Shown: positions 11,561 through 23,745, counted from the first letter of the stretch. The stretch: 64,000 nt of DNA from Syntrophorhabdaceae bacterium (GCA_963665295.1 OY762209.1:4352001-4416000), one strand, 5' to 3'. The notes: generated by a model not told the origin, from the sequence alone. Translations and numbers: made by a program.

Positions 11561-12180
11561 GATACAAGCACCTCTTCAATCCTCCGTAACGCGCTCAGAG
11601 TCATTATCAACTGCTCGTGCCTGATCACGTCATAGACATTTAACCCCTCAACCTTTAATACCTTTACATACGGTATGTTCCTTGCGGACTTCTCCACTGT
11701 ATCATCTTTCTTGTCGATTACGAAGAGAGGCTTCGTAAGGCTGAGCGACTTCATGATGACGCTGAAGCTTTTGGTGCTGATTGCCGAAAGCTCAAGGTTA
11801 TCCAAAACCTTCAGGTTGGATCCCGAATATCTCGCACTCAGTGCGGATCTCAGGGCACCCCTTCTCACCTTCTTAGGCAGCAAATAGCCGTAGTCGCGAG
11901 GATGAGGCCCGAACACCGTGCCTCCACCTACCTGAACCGGCGACCGCGACGTACCCTGGCGGGCCCTTCCTGTTCCTTTCTGCCGGAACGGTTTCTTTCC
12001 GCCGCCGCTTACTTCCTTCCGCGTTTTTGTGGATGCAGTGCCGCTCCGCCGATTCGCGAGTTGCATCTTCACCACATCGTGAATAAGGTACGGCTTCACT
12101 TCGCAATTAAAGACCTCGTCCTTAATCTCGATCTCCCCTACCTTTTCACCCTTCATATCTATAAGGTCTGCTAATGCCAT
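11557..12180 (-). CDS. rplD: 50S ribosomal protein L4
   Basis: KPFRQKGTGRARQG, GGGTVFGP. Confidence 0.97.
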   Translation of the reverse strand: MALADLIDMKGEKVGEIEIKDEVFNCEVKPYLIHDVVKMQLANRRSGTASTKTRKEVSGGGKKPFRQKGTGRARQGTSRSPVQVGGGTVFGPHPRDYGYLLPKKVRRGALRSALSARYSGSNLKVLDNLELSAISTKSFSVIMKSLSLTKPLFVIDKKDDTVEKSARNIPYVKVLKVEGLNVYDVIRHEQLIMTLSALRRIEEVLVS

Positions 12181-12189
12181 AAAGGACTC

Positions 12190-12495
12190 CTAAGATTTTA
12201 TCTCTACGTCAACGCCGGCTGAAAGTTCTAATTTCATGAGGGCATCCACGGTCTGTTGTGTCGGTTCCACGATATCTATCAACCTTTTATGGGTCCTCAC
12301 CTCAAACTGCTCCCTCGATTTCTTGTCGATATGAGGCGACCTCAACACACAGAACTTCTGAATCCGCGTGGGTAACGGTACCGGTCCTACTACCTGTGCC
12401 CCTGTCTTCTTCGCCGCTTCCACAATTTCCTTCACCGATTGATCAAGCAGCCTATGATCAAAGGCCTTCAGGCATATCCTGATTCTCTGCCTCAT
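12190..12495 (-). CDS. rpsJ: 30S ribosomal protein S10
   Basis: [30 protein letters not shown]. Confidence 0.98.
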   Translation of the reverse strand: MRQRIRICLKAFDHRLLDQSVKEIVEAAKKTGAQVVGPVPLPTRIQKFCVLRSPHIDKKSREQFEVRTHKRLIDIVEPTQQTVDALMKLELSAGVDVEIKS

Positions 12496-12505
12496 CTTCT
12501 ACCCC

Positions 12506-13697
<1,192 letters not shown>

Positions 13698-13705
<8 letters not shown>

Positions 13706-15794
13706 ATAGAACCTCCGTTACTGTTTTTTCTCTATTTTTCATTAAATTTTCATAGATATGTGTTGGAACGGGTGCGTAATGGAAAAATTCCATGGTAAAG
13801 TACCCCCTTCCCTGTGTAGCCGACCGAAGATGCGTCGTGTAACCGAACATCTGGTCAAGGGGGATATAACCCACTATGTATTTGAAGTCGTTTCTATCAC
13901 CTAATTCAGCAATTCTTCCCCTTCTCGATGAAATGTCACCTATGACCGTCCCCATGCAATCCGGCGGCACATTGATGTCCACTTTCATAATCGGCTCAAG
14001 GATAACGGGGTTCGCTTTATGCACAGCATTCTTGAGTCCCAGCGACGCGGCGAGTTTGAACGCCAGTTCCGACGAGTCCACGTCATGGTAAGAACCGTCC
14101 ATAAGCTCCACTTTTATGTTTATCATCGGATAGCCGAGGACGACCCCTTTTTCAAGAGTCTCCTTTACGCCGGTCTCGATGCTCGAGATATACTCCCTCG
14201 GGATAACCCCGCCCACTGTCTTGTTTTCGAAAGCGTAATCCGCTCCTTCCAACGGCGAGATCTGAAAGACGACATGACCGTACTGCCCTCTACCGCCTGA
14301 CTGCTTTATATATTTCCCCACGCCCGTGGTGCCCTTTGTGATAGTTTCGCGATAGGCAACCTGCGGCGGAGAAGATATCATCTCCAGGTTGTGCTCCCTC
14401 TTTGCCCTGTCCATGAGTATCTCCAGATGAAGCTCACCCATGCCCGACAATATTACTTCTCCCGTCTCCTTGTCCATCTTGACGGTAATCGAGGGGTCCT
14501 CAATGGTGTACCTGTTAAAAACAAGCCACATCTTTTTCAGATCGTCTTTTCTCTTGGGGGTTATGGCGATCGATACCACGGGTACCGGCACTTCGATAGT
14601 CTCGAAAAGAATATCCGTGCCTTCCAAGGTAAGCGTGTCGCCGGTGCTCGCATTCTTGAGGCCCACTATAGCACAGATGTCGCCTGCCTCTACGCGCTTC
14701 ACGTCTTCACGCTTATTCGCGTGAAGCCTCAAAATTCTGCCTATGCGCTCAGTCCGGCCTCTCGTGCTGTTGGCAACAATGTCGCCTGTCTTCAACTCGC
14801 CGGAATAAATACGTATGTAACTTAACTGACCCACGAAGGGATCATTCATGATCTTGAATACAAGTCCGCTGAAGAGTTCGTCTTTCGACCCCTTCAATTC
14901 TCCTTCAGCGCCGTCTTCGGTCCAATATTTATAAGGAGACACATCGACGGGCGACGGAAGATAGTCCACGATCGCGTCAAGAAGTGGTTGTACCGCTTTG
15001 TTCTTGAACGCGCTGCCGCAAAGGACAGGCAGGAAATTGCCGTTAAGGGTTCCCTTTCTTATTACTCTCCGGATCTCTTCCTCATCGATGGCAACTCCGT
15101 CCAGGTAATTGCCCATGAAGGCGTCATCCGCTTCGCAGAGCGACTCCATCATCTCTACCCTCAGTTCCTCGGCTCTCGCTCTCAGATCATCAGGTATGTC
15201 GCCGACCGTGTAATCCAATCCCTTCACGTCTTTATCATAGGTAAGAGCGATCCCTTTTATGACATCGACCACACCGATAAAGTCGTCACCGTTCCTTATC
15301 GGTATCTGAAGCACAAGGGGGTTCGCTTTCAAAATATCGCGCATCATCTGAACGCATTTGTCGAGGTTCGCCGCAGGCCGGTCCATCTTGTTCACGTAGC
15401 CTATTCTCGGCACCCCGTACCTGTCGGCCTGTCGCCATACCGTTTCCGACTGGGGCTCAACGCCTTCCACACCGGAAAAGAGGGCTACCGCGCCATCCAG
15501 AACTCTGAGCGACCTGCCTACCTCTATGGTAAAATCGATATGCCCAGGCGTATCGATAATGTTTATCCTGTGATCTCTCCAAAAACACGTAGTGGCCGCT
15601 GCCGTGATCGTGATGCCTCTTTCCTTTTCCTGCTCCATCCAGTCCATGGTCGCAGCGCCATCATCAACTTCGCCGATCCTGTTGTTCACTCCTGTATAGA
15701 ACAGCATCCGCTCCGTTGCAGTAGTCTTCCCTGCATCGATATGAGCCATGATGCCGACATTCCTTAATACGTTGATACCATTCTTACTCATCAA
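13698..15794 (-). CDS. fusA: Elongation factor G (str-operon copy, divergent)
   Basis: [40 protein letters not shown]. Confidence 0.95.
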
Positions 15795-15803
15795 ACACCT
15801 TGT

Positions 15804-16274
15804 CTACCACCTGTAATGCGCAAAAGCCTTGTTCGCTTCGGCCATTTTATGTGTATCCTCTCTCTTCTTTACGGAACCACCCTTATTATTGTATGCATCG
15901 AGGATTTCCCCCGCAAGGCGCTCCGTCATCGTCCTTTCCGACCTGTCCCGGGAATATCTGATCAACCATCTGATCCCGAGGGACAGCTTCCTGTTCACTC
16001 TCACTTCCACCGGCACCTGGTACGTTGCCCCGCCTACTCTTCTCGCTTTTACTTCCAGTTCCGGCTTAATATTGTCCATCGCCTTCTGGAATATCTTCAG
16101 TGATTCTTCCTTGAGCTTCTCTTCAACAAGGTCAAAGGCACCGTAGACAATTTTTGTCGCGGTGCTTTTCTTGCCGTCGAGCATGATGCAGTTGATCAGC
16201 CTCTGTACGACCAGGTCGTTATATTTGAGATCAGGTACTCTTTCTCTCTTTGCTATATGTCCTTTCCTTGGCAT
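15804..16274 (-). CDS. rpsG: 30S ribosomal protein S7
   Basis: [24 protein letters not shown]. Confidence 0.98.
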   Translation of the reverse strand: MPRKGHIAKRERVPDLKYNDLVVQRLINCIMLDGKKSTATKIVYGAFDLVEEKLKEESLKIFQKAMDNIKPELEVKARRVGGATYQVPVEVRVNRKLSLGIRWLIRYSRDRSERTMTERLAGEILDAYNNKGGSVKKREDTHKMAEANKAFAHYRW

Positions 16275-16286
16275 ACCTTTGCTCCT

Positions 16287-16661
16287 CTATTGTTTGGGTC
16301 TTTTTGCGCCGTATTTCGATCTGCTCTTCTTCCTGTTTGCCACGCCGCTCGCATCCAATGAGCCCCTGATTATGTGATACCTTACGCCCGGTAAGTCTTT
16401 TACTCTACCGCCTCTTATGAGGACCACCGAGTGCTCCTGGAGGTTGTGCCCGATTCCTGGTATATAACTTGTAACCTCTATGCTGTTTGTCAATCTGACA
16501 CGGGCAACTTTTCGCAATGCCGAGTTCGGCTTTTTCGGTGTCGTCGTATAAACCCTCACACAAACCCCTCTCTTCTGGGGACAATCCGTAAGGGCCGGCG
16601 AAGAACTCTTCTTTTTGACGACCTTCCTCCCTAGCCTCACTAATTGGTTAATAGTTGGCAT
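16287..16661 (-). CDS. rpsL: 30S ribosomal protein S12
   Basis: [27 protein letters not shown]. Confidence 0.99.
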   Translation of the reverse strand: MPTINQLVRLGRKVVKKKSSSPALTDCPQKRGVCVRVYTTTPKKPNSALRKVARVRLTNSIEVTSYIPGIGHNLQEHSVVLIRGGRVKDLPGVRYHIIRGSLDASGVANRKKSRSKYGAKRPKQ

Positions 16662-16727
16662 CCTTTTTTACCTCCAAAAAAATAATCCCCTTTAAAGGGA
16701 TGAATGTACCCGCAAAAAAACTTGTGT

Positions 16728-16756
16728 ATATTAAACATTTTCCCTTGCCATGTCAA
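16728..16756 (-). promoter_or_regulatory. Sigma70-type promoter of the ribosomal supercluster
   Basis: Minus strand TTGACA (16756-16751), 17 nt, TAATAT (16733-16728), upstream of rpsL. Confidence 0.7.
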
Positions 16757-17123
16757 GTGATTTCTGCCAAATCCGCCTCATCAGTCGTCCGCTGAAGCCC
16801 CTATCGAAACAAACCAGAGTGACTTGCCGGGCTGATGCGCTTGGATCACCGCAGAAACTGCAGGCACATGAAGCTTGGGACCTACTTTTCCGATCTCGAG
16901 GTGTTCCCTATTCCACTTGCTACTTCTGATTCTTCTGAGATGCAGCGTATATATACCATAGTTGACGTGGACTTACAACAAAATAAAACTCAATCAGGGC
17001 CTGCGGGCGCCTCGCGGCACAGAGAAAACCCACCTCTCCGGTCTTCTGCCGTCCGCCCCGGGCGCGCCGCATGAACAACCTCCGCCTTACCGTATACAGG
17101 CTGGAACGTTTTCTGCTGGTTTA

Positions 17124-17176
17124 TTGTGATATATTGAACAAAAATCTTGACAATTTCCGGCACTTTATAATAACTT
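17124..17176 (+). promoter_or_regulatory. Rex-like box plus sigma70-type promoter of the MFS gene
   Basis: TTGTGATATATTGAACAA (17124-17141), then TTGACA (17147-17152) and TAACTT 18 nt later. Confidence 0.4.
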
Positions 17177-17218
17177 GCAGAGTCCCTAATACTACATTTA
17201 ATATTGAAGGAGGTTTTT

Positions 17219-18541
17219 ATGGCGCAGGAAAAGGTATTTAACCGCTGGCTCGTAGTGGTAGGAGCACTACTAATTCAAATAAGTCTTGGAGCTATCTATA
17301 TTTATAGCGTTTTCAAACCCGGCCTCAAGGCGACCTTCCCCACATGGTCCAATACGGACCTCGCTCTTCCCTCTCAGCTCGTACTTTTCTTCTTCGCCGC
17401 AAGCACAATACTTGCGGGCAGGGTTCAGGACAAGGTCGGACCCCGCGTGGTGGCGAGCATAGGCGGCGTCCTGGTGGGCATAGGACTGGCGATAGCCTCT
17501 TTTGCGAAGGACCTTACCATGTTTACCATCGGTTTCAGCGTTGTAGGCGGAATCGGCATCGGAACCGCGTATGTATGTCCTATCGCAACTTGCGTAAAAT
17601 GGTTTCCCGACAAGCGCGGCCTTATCACGGGCCTCGCAGTGGCCGGATTCGGCGCAGGGGCCCTCGTATTCACCCCCGTAGCAAAATCCTTTATCGCCTC
17701 CGTGGGTGTAATGCCCACTTTCCTCTATCTGGGCATCATTTTCTTCATCGCCGTCGTGATCGGCGCTCAATTGATGATTAACCCACCTGCCGGCTACAAG
17801 CCCGCGGGATGGAATCCCCCGGCAGTCGCCGCAGGCGCTGCGGCGAAAGGGGATTTTACCATGGGGCAGATGCTCGCCACCCCGCAATTCTGGATCTTGT
17901 GGCTCACCTATTTCGCCGGATCAACGGCGGGACTGATGATCATCATGAACGTTACAAACATTTGGCAGTCTTTTGCCATGATCGATCTCGCGAAGACGAC
18001 CGGCACCATTCCCAAGGACATATATTCCGACGTTGTGGCCAAAGGCGCAATGGCGGTCATGGTCGTGGCCATACTCAATGCTGCAGGCAGAATAGTCTGG
18101 GGTAAGGTATCGGATACTCTCGGCAGGAAAACGACCCTCCTCGTCATGTTCGTTTTCAGCGGAATAATCATGCTTGTTCTGAACGGCCTCTCGTCGTTCC
18201 CTCTTTATATCTTCGGTGTGTGTTGCGTGGGCTTCTGCTTCGGCGGCTTCCTCGCCCTTTACCCCGCGGTGACCACCGACTATTTCGGGACAAAGAACGT
18301 GGGCGTCAATTACGGTTGTATGTTCATGGCCTACGGAGCAGGCGGCCTATTCGGTCCGTGGCTGGCCCCTAAGCTCATGAAAGTAGTCCAGAAGATCCCC
18401 TTCGAACTCGTGGACAAAGGTAACCTCATCACCAAACCATACGAGGCAGGGAGCTATCTTACCTCTTTCTTAATTTCGGGTGTCATGTGCCTCGTTGCTG
18501 CAGCTCTCATTCTGACAGTGAAGCCTCCGAAACTTAAATAG
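17219..18541 (+). CDS. MFS transporter, oxalate:formate antiporter (OFA) family
   Basis: About 12 hydrophobic segments; GRVQDKVGPR, KWFPDKRGLITGLAVAGFGAG, DYFGTKNVGVNYG; SD AAGGAGG. Confidence 0.88.
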   Translation: MAQEKVFNRWLVVVGALLIQISLGAIYIYSVFKPGLKATFPTWSNTDLALPSQLVLFFFAASTILAGRVQDKVGPRVVASIGGVLVGIGLAIASFAKDLTMFTIGFSVVGGIGIGTAYVCPIATCVKWFPDKRGLITGLAVAGFGAGALVFTPVAKSFIASVGVMPTFLYLGIIFFIAVVIGAQLMINPPAGYKPAGWNPPAVAAGAAAKGDFTMGQMLATPQFWILWLTYFAGSTAGLMIIMNVTNIWQSFAMIDLAKTTGTIPKDIYSDVVAKGAMAVMVVAILNAAGRIVWGKVSDTLGRKTTLLVMFVFSGIIMLVLNGLSSFPLYIFGVCCVGFCFGGFLALYPAVTTDYFGTKNVGVNYGCMFMAYGAGGLFGPWLAPKLMKVVQKIPFELVDKGNLITKPYEAGSYLTSFLISGVMCLVAAALILTVKPPKLK

Positions 18542-18578
18542 GGGCTCACACCTTTATAGTCCGGATCTTCGTATCATG

Positions 18579-18621
18579 CAACAAAAAGGGGGCAAACTTC
18601 AAGTTTGCCCCCTTTTTGTTG
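18579..18621. terminator. Bidirectional intrinsic terminator
   Basis: Perfect 21-bp inverted repeat CAACAAAAAGGGGGCAAACTT-C-AAGTTTGCCCCCTTTTTGTTG between convergent genes. Confidence 0.9.
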
Positions 18622-18673
18622 AGATGGACCGCGCCTGTACCGCGCGCCTTCCTTCCCACGGGAGGTTCCATAT

Positions 18674-19618
18674 TTACTTCGTCAACAACAGATATTCATA
18701 TTTGTACAGGTCTTCGATGAACTGGCAGATCATTTCACCCTCATCGCTCCCACGCCCCTGAGACCTCATGATGTACCGAAGTCTGTCCGTCCACTCCACC
18801 CTCACGAAATCCGCGAAGGGACCCCGCACAACATGATAACCCGAGGCATGCGCCAACCGTTCAAGATGGGAAAACTTGATCGTGTACTCATCATGCCCCA
18901 TGAGGGATATCCTTTCCGGATTCCCCGTGGCCTCAATTTGAACAATTGACCGGAGGGCCTCCGGGACCTTCGCTTCACAACTGTGCTCGCCCAAATAGAT
19001 GTAAGGTACCCCCGACTCACAGAGCTTTTCTATCGCGTCGAGTGCGCCTATGTTCATATTGAAGGTGTCGCCCTCAGGGGCCTCGAGGCCGTATTTGGTA
19101 AAGAAATGCCTTGCCTTCATAATGCCTGGATCCCTTGGTTCCGAGTCCACATCAATGCTCCGGCGATCAATTCCCACAAGGGTGGGAAAATCCCCCATAT
19201 TCTCGTTCAGGATCGCCAGATCGAAGCTCGCGAGGTCCCCGGGATCGGTCTCGAGGAAATCTCCCTGCCTGAATACAACCTCCTGTCCGCCAAGGGTCTC
19301 TTTTTGTTTCCCGAGGAGGTAAGGCGATATATCGAGCATAACCGGCTTCAGCGATGTGTCCCTCCCGAGAAAATCCTTCATCAGATATCCATAGCCTCCG
19401 CCTATTTCAATCACCCTGCGCACCCTTTCCATGGGTAACAATACGCGCAGGTAATCATAGAGCAGATGTCCGTAAGAATCGTCACGGACAAGTACTTTCC
19501 GTAACGGGGTGTCCTCCGGATGGAGGGCGTTACATACGGTCAGCTCCCATCCCAGGCTGGTCAGCGCGTTAATGTGGTAGTCCTTCGTAGTATTAATGGG
19601 CATAAGATAATACGCCAT
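18674..19618 (-). CDS. Class I SAM-dependent methyltransferase-like protein
   Basis: VIEIGGGYG motif I, MLDISP, GDFL. Confidence 0.7.
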   Translation of the reverse strand: MAYYLMPINTTKDYHINALTSLGWELTVCNALHPEDTPLRKVLVRDDSYGHLLYDYLRVLLPMERVRRVIEIGGGYGYLMKDFLGRDTSLKPVMLDISPYLLGKQKETLGGQEVVFRQGDFLETDPGDLASFDLAILNENMGDFPTLVGIDRRSIDVDSEPRDPGIMKARHFFTKYGLEAPEGDTFNMNIGALDAIEKLCESGVPYIYLGEHSCEAKVPEALRSIVQIEATGNPERISLMGHDEYTIKFSHLERLAHASGYHVVRGPFADFVRVEWTDRLRYIMRSQGRGSDEGEMICQFIEDLYKYEYLLLTK

Positions 19619-19693
19619 GTCCCACCTGCCGTCTGACAGCAGGTAAGGCGCGTGGCTATCAATTTACCATATCGGCGAAAAATACGAAAGAAA

Positions 19694-19723
19694 AAGCCCC
19701 CAGGGGCAATCCCCTGGGGGCTT
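19694..19723 (-). terminator. Intrinsic terminator of acs
   Basis: AAGCCCCCAGGGG-CAAT-CCCCTGGGGGCTT stem followed by a U-tract on the minus strand. Confidence 0.85.
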
Positions 19724-19741
19724 CGGTTATGCATGTTGTTC

Positions 19742-21718
19742 TTACTGTCTGCCCTTCACGATCTCTTCGACAACTGACGGATCAGCAAGAGTCGTGGTGT
19801 CGCCAAGCTCATCCAATGCGCCGGCGGCGACCTTCCTCAGGATCCTTCTCATGATCTTGCCTGATCTTGTCTTCGGCAGACCTGGTACAAACTGGATCTT
19901 GCCGGGAGAGGCGATAGGACCGATCTCTTTTCTTACGTGAGCTACCAACTCTTTCTTCAGGGCATCAGTTCCCTCAACGCCCGTCTTCAGGATAATGTAG
20001 GCGTAAAGGTCTTCGCCCTTCACTTCGTGCGGGAAACCAACGACTGCGGACTCTGCAACTGCCGTCGTCAGGGAGTTAAGTGCCGCCTCAACCTCTGCGG
20101 TTCCCATTCTGTGTCCGGATACGTTCACGACGTCGTCGATACGGCCCATGAGCCAGAAATATCCGTCTTCGTCTTTTCGTGCGCCGTCACCGGAGAAATA
20201 GAAACCAGGCTGCTGCACAAAGTAAGTGTTGAAGAATCTTTCCGGTTCGCCAAAAACGCCTCTCATCATGCCAGGCCAGGACCTTCCGATGCAAAGCTCG
20301 CCCTGCTCGTTGACGGGTGCATCCAATGCGGGCATGTCGGCCGATGATCTCGGCTGCAAGGCGCGGGCGTCGACGCCAAAGAAGGGAAGTGACGCCGAAC
20401 CTGGTTTTCCAGGCCATGCGCCGGGAAGCGATGCGATAAGGATTCCGCCGGTCTCTGTCTGCCACCAGGTATCAGTGATGGGGCATTTCTCTCCGCCGAC
20501 ATACTTGTGGTACCACATCCATGCTTCAGGGTTGATGGGCTCGCCCACGGAACCTAACAGTCTCAGTGAGGACATATCCCTTCCCTGCGGCCATTTCTCG
20601 CCGTCTTTCATAAGAGCCCTGATGGCGGTTGGCGCGGTGTAGAAAATGCTGACTTTGAATTTCTCGATAATCTGCCAGAACCTGTCCGGGTTCGGGTATG
20701 TGGGCACTGACTCGAATACGATCGATGTCGCGCCGTTGCAAAGCGGACCATACACAATGTATGAATGGCCGGTTACCCAACCGATATCCGCGCTGCAGAA
20801 GAAAATGTCTTTGTCTTTGTAATCGAAGATGTATTTCAACGTTGCATACACATAGGTCATGTAACCGCCCGTGGTATGGAGCACGCCCTTCGGTTTGCCT
20901 GTGGAGCCGGAGGTATAAAGGATGAACAGCGGGTCTTCCGCATCCATCTGCTCTGCCGGGCATACGTCGGTAATGTCGGGAGCTGCCAGTTCGTCCTCGA
21001 AGAACGTATCTCTGCCGGCCTTCATGGGAACCTCAAAGCCCTCGAGTCTCTTTACAACGATAACCTTGTCAACTGTGTGACCCTGCTGTGCACAAAGGTC
21101 GCAAGCGATATCGGCATTCGCCTTGGAGCTGACATTTTTGCCCGAACGCCAGTAACCGTTTGCCGTGATGAGAAGTTTTGCACCGGCATCAAGGATCCTG
21201 TCACGGAGCGCTTCAGCGGAGAAACCACCGAAAACGATCGTATGGATTGCGCCGATTCTTGCACATGCAAGCATTGCGATCGGAAGCTGATAGATCATGG
21301 GAAGATAGATAGCTATCCTGTCGCCCTTCCGCACGCCTTTTTTCTTCAGGACGTTTGCGAACTTCGATACGGCCTTCAGCATTTCCCTGTAGGTGAGTTT
21401 TACTACATCGTCATCCGGCTCGCCCTGGAAGATGATGGCCGTCTTATCGCCTTTTCCCTTCTTGATCTGTGCGTCAAGGCAGTTGTAAGAGATATTGGTT
21501 TTGCCGCCGATGAACCACTCTACTTCGCCCTTTGAAAAATCTTCTCTGTTTACCTTGAGCCACTTTTTGTACCAGAATAACTCCGATGCTATGTCGCCCC
21601 AAAATGTGTCCGGATCCTCGATGGACTGCTTCCACATCTTCTCATACTGCTCGCGGCTGTCGACATATGCCTGCTCAACAAATTCTTCTGATGGATAAAA
21701 CTTATTTTCCTCTGCCAT
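19742..21718 (-). CDS. acs: Acetyl-CoA synthetase (AMP-forming)
   Basis: YTSGSTGKPKG, DTWWQTETGG, PKTRSGKIMRR; SD AGGAGG before ATG 21718. Confidence 0.95.
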   Translation of the reverse strand: MAEENKFYPSEEFVEQAYVDSREQYEKMWKQSIEDPDTFWGDIASELFWYKKWLKVNREDFSKGEVEWFIGGKTNISYNCLDAQIKKGKGDKTAIIFQGEPDDDVVKLTYREMLKAVSKFANVLKKKGVRKGDRIAIYLPMIYQLPIAMLACARIGAIHTIVFGGFSAEALRDRILDAGAKLLITANGYWRSGKNVSSKANADIACDLCAQQGHTVDKVIVVKRLEGFEVPMKAGRDTFFEDELAAPDITDVCPAEQMDAEDPLFILYTSGSTGKPKGVLHTTGGYMTYVYATLKYIFDYKDKDIFFCSADIGWVTGHSYIVYGPLCNGATSIVFESVPTYPNPDRFWQIIEKFKVSIFYTAPTAIRALMKDGEKWPQGRDMSSLRLLGSVGEPINPEAWMWYHKYVGGEKCPITDTWWQTETGGILIASLPGAWPGKPGSASLPFFGVDARALQPRSSADMPALDAPVNEQGELCIGRSWPGMMRGVFGEPERFFNTYFVQQPGFYFSGDGARKDEDGYFWLMGRIDDVVNVSGHRMGTAEVEAALNSLTTAVAESAVVGFPHEVKGEDLYAYIILKTGVEGTDALKKELVAHVRKEIGPIASPGKIQFVPGLPKTRSGKIMRRILRKVAAGALDELGDTTTLADPSVVEEIVKGRQ

Positions 21719-21777
21719 ATAACCCTCCTGTGCGGTATTAGATATAACTACTAGCAATAACTATTCTTGGATGGTTA

Positions 21778-21832
21778 ATTGTAAACATCCCCGTAATAGG
21801 TTGTCAATAAAATTATGTTAATATTTTCACAA
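21778..21832 (-). promoter_or_regulatory. acs promoter with Rex-like palindrome
   Basis: Minus strand TTGACA (21807-21802), 18 nt, TACAAT; ATGTTAATATTTTCACAA at 21815-21832. Confidence 0.55.
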
Positions 21833-21940
21833 TTAGGGCCATATTTGACCCTTTTTGCCTGCGTAAAATTAAGCTGCCTCCTGCATACGACGCGCCGTTT
21901 TTGTTTCGCCCTGTGTACAGTTTTCGACCGCCCTCCAGCC

Positions 21941-23732
21941 CCTTAATCCCCCACCAAAAATAATCAAAAACCCCGTTGGCCCCTACGAATAGGGATGATA
22001 GAATGTAGTCACCACACCAAATTCCATCACCAACGAGGTGAATCAATTATGCCACAGGGCCTCCTTCCGTACAAGTATGAAGAAGAGAAAAGAGAAACAG
22101 GCATGACCTCCCTCGCAGGGCTCCCCCTCTACCTCGACCTTGCATCGGCCTTGGGCCTCGCCGGTTCGATCGGTGCTCACATGCATATAAAGAGTGAAGG
22201 CTGGACAGACACGCAGATAATCCTCACCCTCATTCTTCTGAACCTTGCCGGAGGAGACAGCGTAGACGATGTAACTATCCTTGAAAAGGATGAGGGGCTG
22301 TGCAGAGTCGTGCGGCGAATAGAACAGAAAGGGCTTACCCGCAAGGAACGGAAAGCCCGGGAGCGGCAACGCACGTTCCCTTCCCCTTCCCCGATATTCC
22401 GGTATCTCTCCGCCTTCCATGATGCGCGGGAGGAGAAGAAGAGGGAAAAGGGGAAGGCCTTCATTCCCGCCCCGAACGAGCATCTTATGAACCTCATGAA
22501 GGTACACCGGGATTTCATCTGCTCCATAGTGAAGTCCGCCTCCCCAAAGGTCGCGACCCTCGATATGGATGCAACCCTGATAGAGACGTTGAAGAGAAGC
22601 GCCCTCTTCAGTTATAAACACCATAAGGCCTATCAACCGTTCAATACCTGGTGGGCGGAACAGGAGTTGATTCTTCATACCGAGTTCAGGGACGGCAATG
22701 TCCCTGCGGGACATGAACAGTTAAGAGTATTCAAGGAAGCCCTCTCAAAGCTTCCTCCCGGTGTAGAGAAGGTCTATCTCCGTTCCGATACCGCAGGGTA
22801 TCAACACGACCTCCTGAAGTACTGCGAGAATGGCGAAAATACACGCTTCGGCAGGATCGAGTTTGCCATAGGCGCCGATGTGACCTCTGAGTTCAAAAAG
22901 GCAGTGGCCCAGGCAGAAGAGTGGAGACCTCTCTATAAAGAAGGAAAGGAGACGGGAAGGGAGTGGACCGAAGTCTGCTACGTACCCAATGCGGTCGGCC
23001 ACAGCAAAAAGGATCCGGAATACCGCTACTTCGCTACCCGTGAGCTTTTAAAACAGGATATCCTTCCCGGCATGGAAGGGCAACTCTCATTCCCTACGAT
23101 GATGATGACACAAAAGCGCTACAGGATATTCGGCATCGTCACAAACAGGGATATGGAAGGAGATGAACTGATACGGTGGCATTATAAACGGGCAGGGAAA
23201 TCGGAGGAGGCCCACTCTATCATGAAAGAGGACCTTGCCGGGGGAAGACTCCCAACGGGTAAGTTCGGAGAGAATGCCGCCTGGTGGTGGATAATGGTCC
23301 TCGCCTTTAATATCAATTCGGCATTGAAACGTCTGGTGCTGAAAGGATCATGGGCCACCAGGAGAATGAAGGCGATCCGCTTTTCCCTCATCAACCTGCC
23401 GGGAAGGGTCATGACCCACGCGAGGGAACTTGTGATCCGCATATCGAGAGAACACCCCTCCCTGGAATTATTGTTCGCAGCACGGCAACGCATCATGGAG
23501 CTTGTACTTTCGGGATAGATGATGAGAAGCGGGGAAGAGACTCTTTGTGGAACGAGACGGCGAAAGGAGGGGTGTGCCCAAATCTTACCCGTCAGAGAGG
23601 CGTGTGCCATGTCTGGATAGACGAAACGGAACGAAGGGTTCATATTTGATTCCGATTTAAAGGGTGGTGGGGAAAGACGGCTCGGATGGAGGGCAAAGCA
23701 GCGGTAAGGGCGAGAGGGGTGGTGGATTATGG
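21941..23732 (+). mobile_element. IS1380-family insertion sequence (1792 bp)
   Basis: IRL CCTTAATCCCCCACC (21941-21955) vs reverse complement of IRR CCATAATCCACCACC (23718-23732), 13/15 identical; AGCC flanks both ends (21937-21940, 23733-23736). Confidence 0.85.
22049..23518 (+). CDS. IS1380-family DDE transposase
   Basis: TLDMDAT, FRDGN, YLRSDTAGY, RAGKSEEAHSIMKEDL, FGENAAW; SD GAGGTG. Confidence 0.88.
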   Translation: MPQGLLPYKYEEEKRETGMTSLAGLPLYLDLASALGLAGSIGAHMHIKSEGWTDTQIILTLILLNLAGGDSVDDVTILEKDEGLCRVVRRIEQKGLTRKERKARERQRTFPSPSPIFRYLSAFHDAREEKKREKGKAFIPAPNEHLMNLMKVHRDFICSIVKSASPKVATLDMDATLIETLKRSALFSYKHHKAYQPFNTWWAEQELILHTEFRDGNVPAGHEQLRVFKEALSKLPPGVEKVYLRSDTAGYQHDLLKYCENGENTRFGRIEFAIGADVTSEFKKAVAQAEEWRPLYKEGKETGREWTEVCYVPNAVGHSKKDPEYRYFATRELLKQDILPGMEGQLSFPTMMMTQKRYRIFGIVTNRDMEGDELIRWHYKRAGKSEEAHSIMKEDLAGGRLPTGKFGENAAWWWIMVLAFNINSALKRLVLKGSWATRRMKAIRFSLINLPGRVMTHARELVIRISREHPSLELLFAARQRIMELVLSG

Positions 23733-23745
23733 AGCCGCCGCCCGA

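Noticed and set aside
17147..17171. Perfect TTGACA/TATAAT promoter pair
   Set aside because: The spacer is only 13 nt; TAACTT at 18 nt is the more plausible -10
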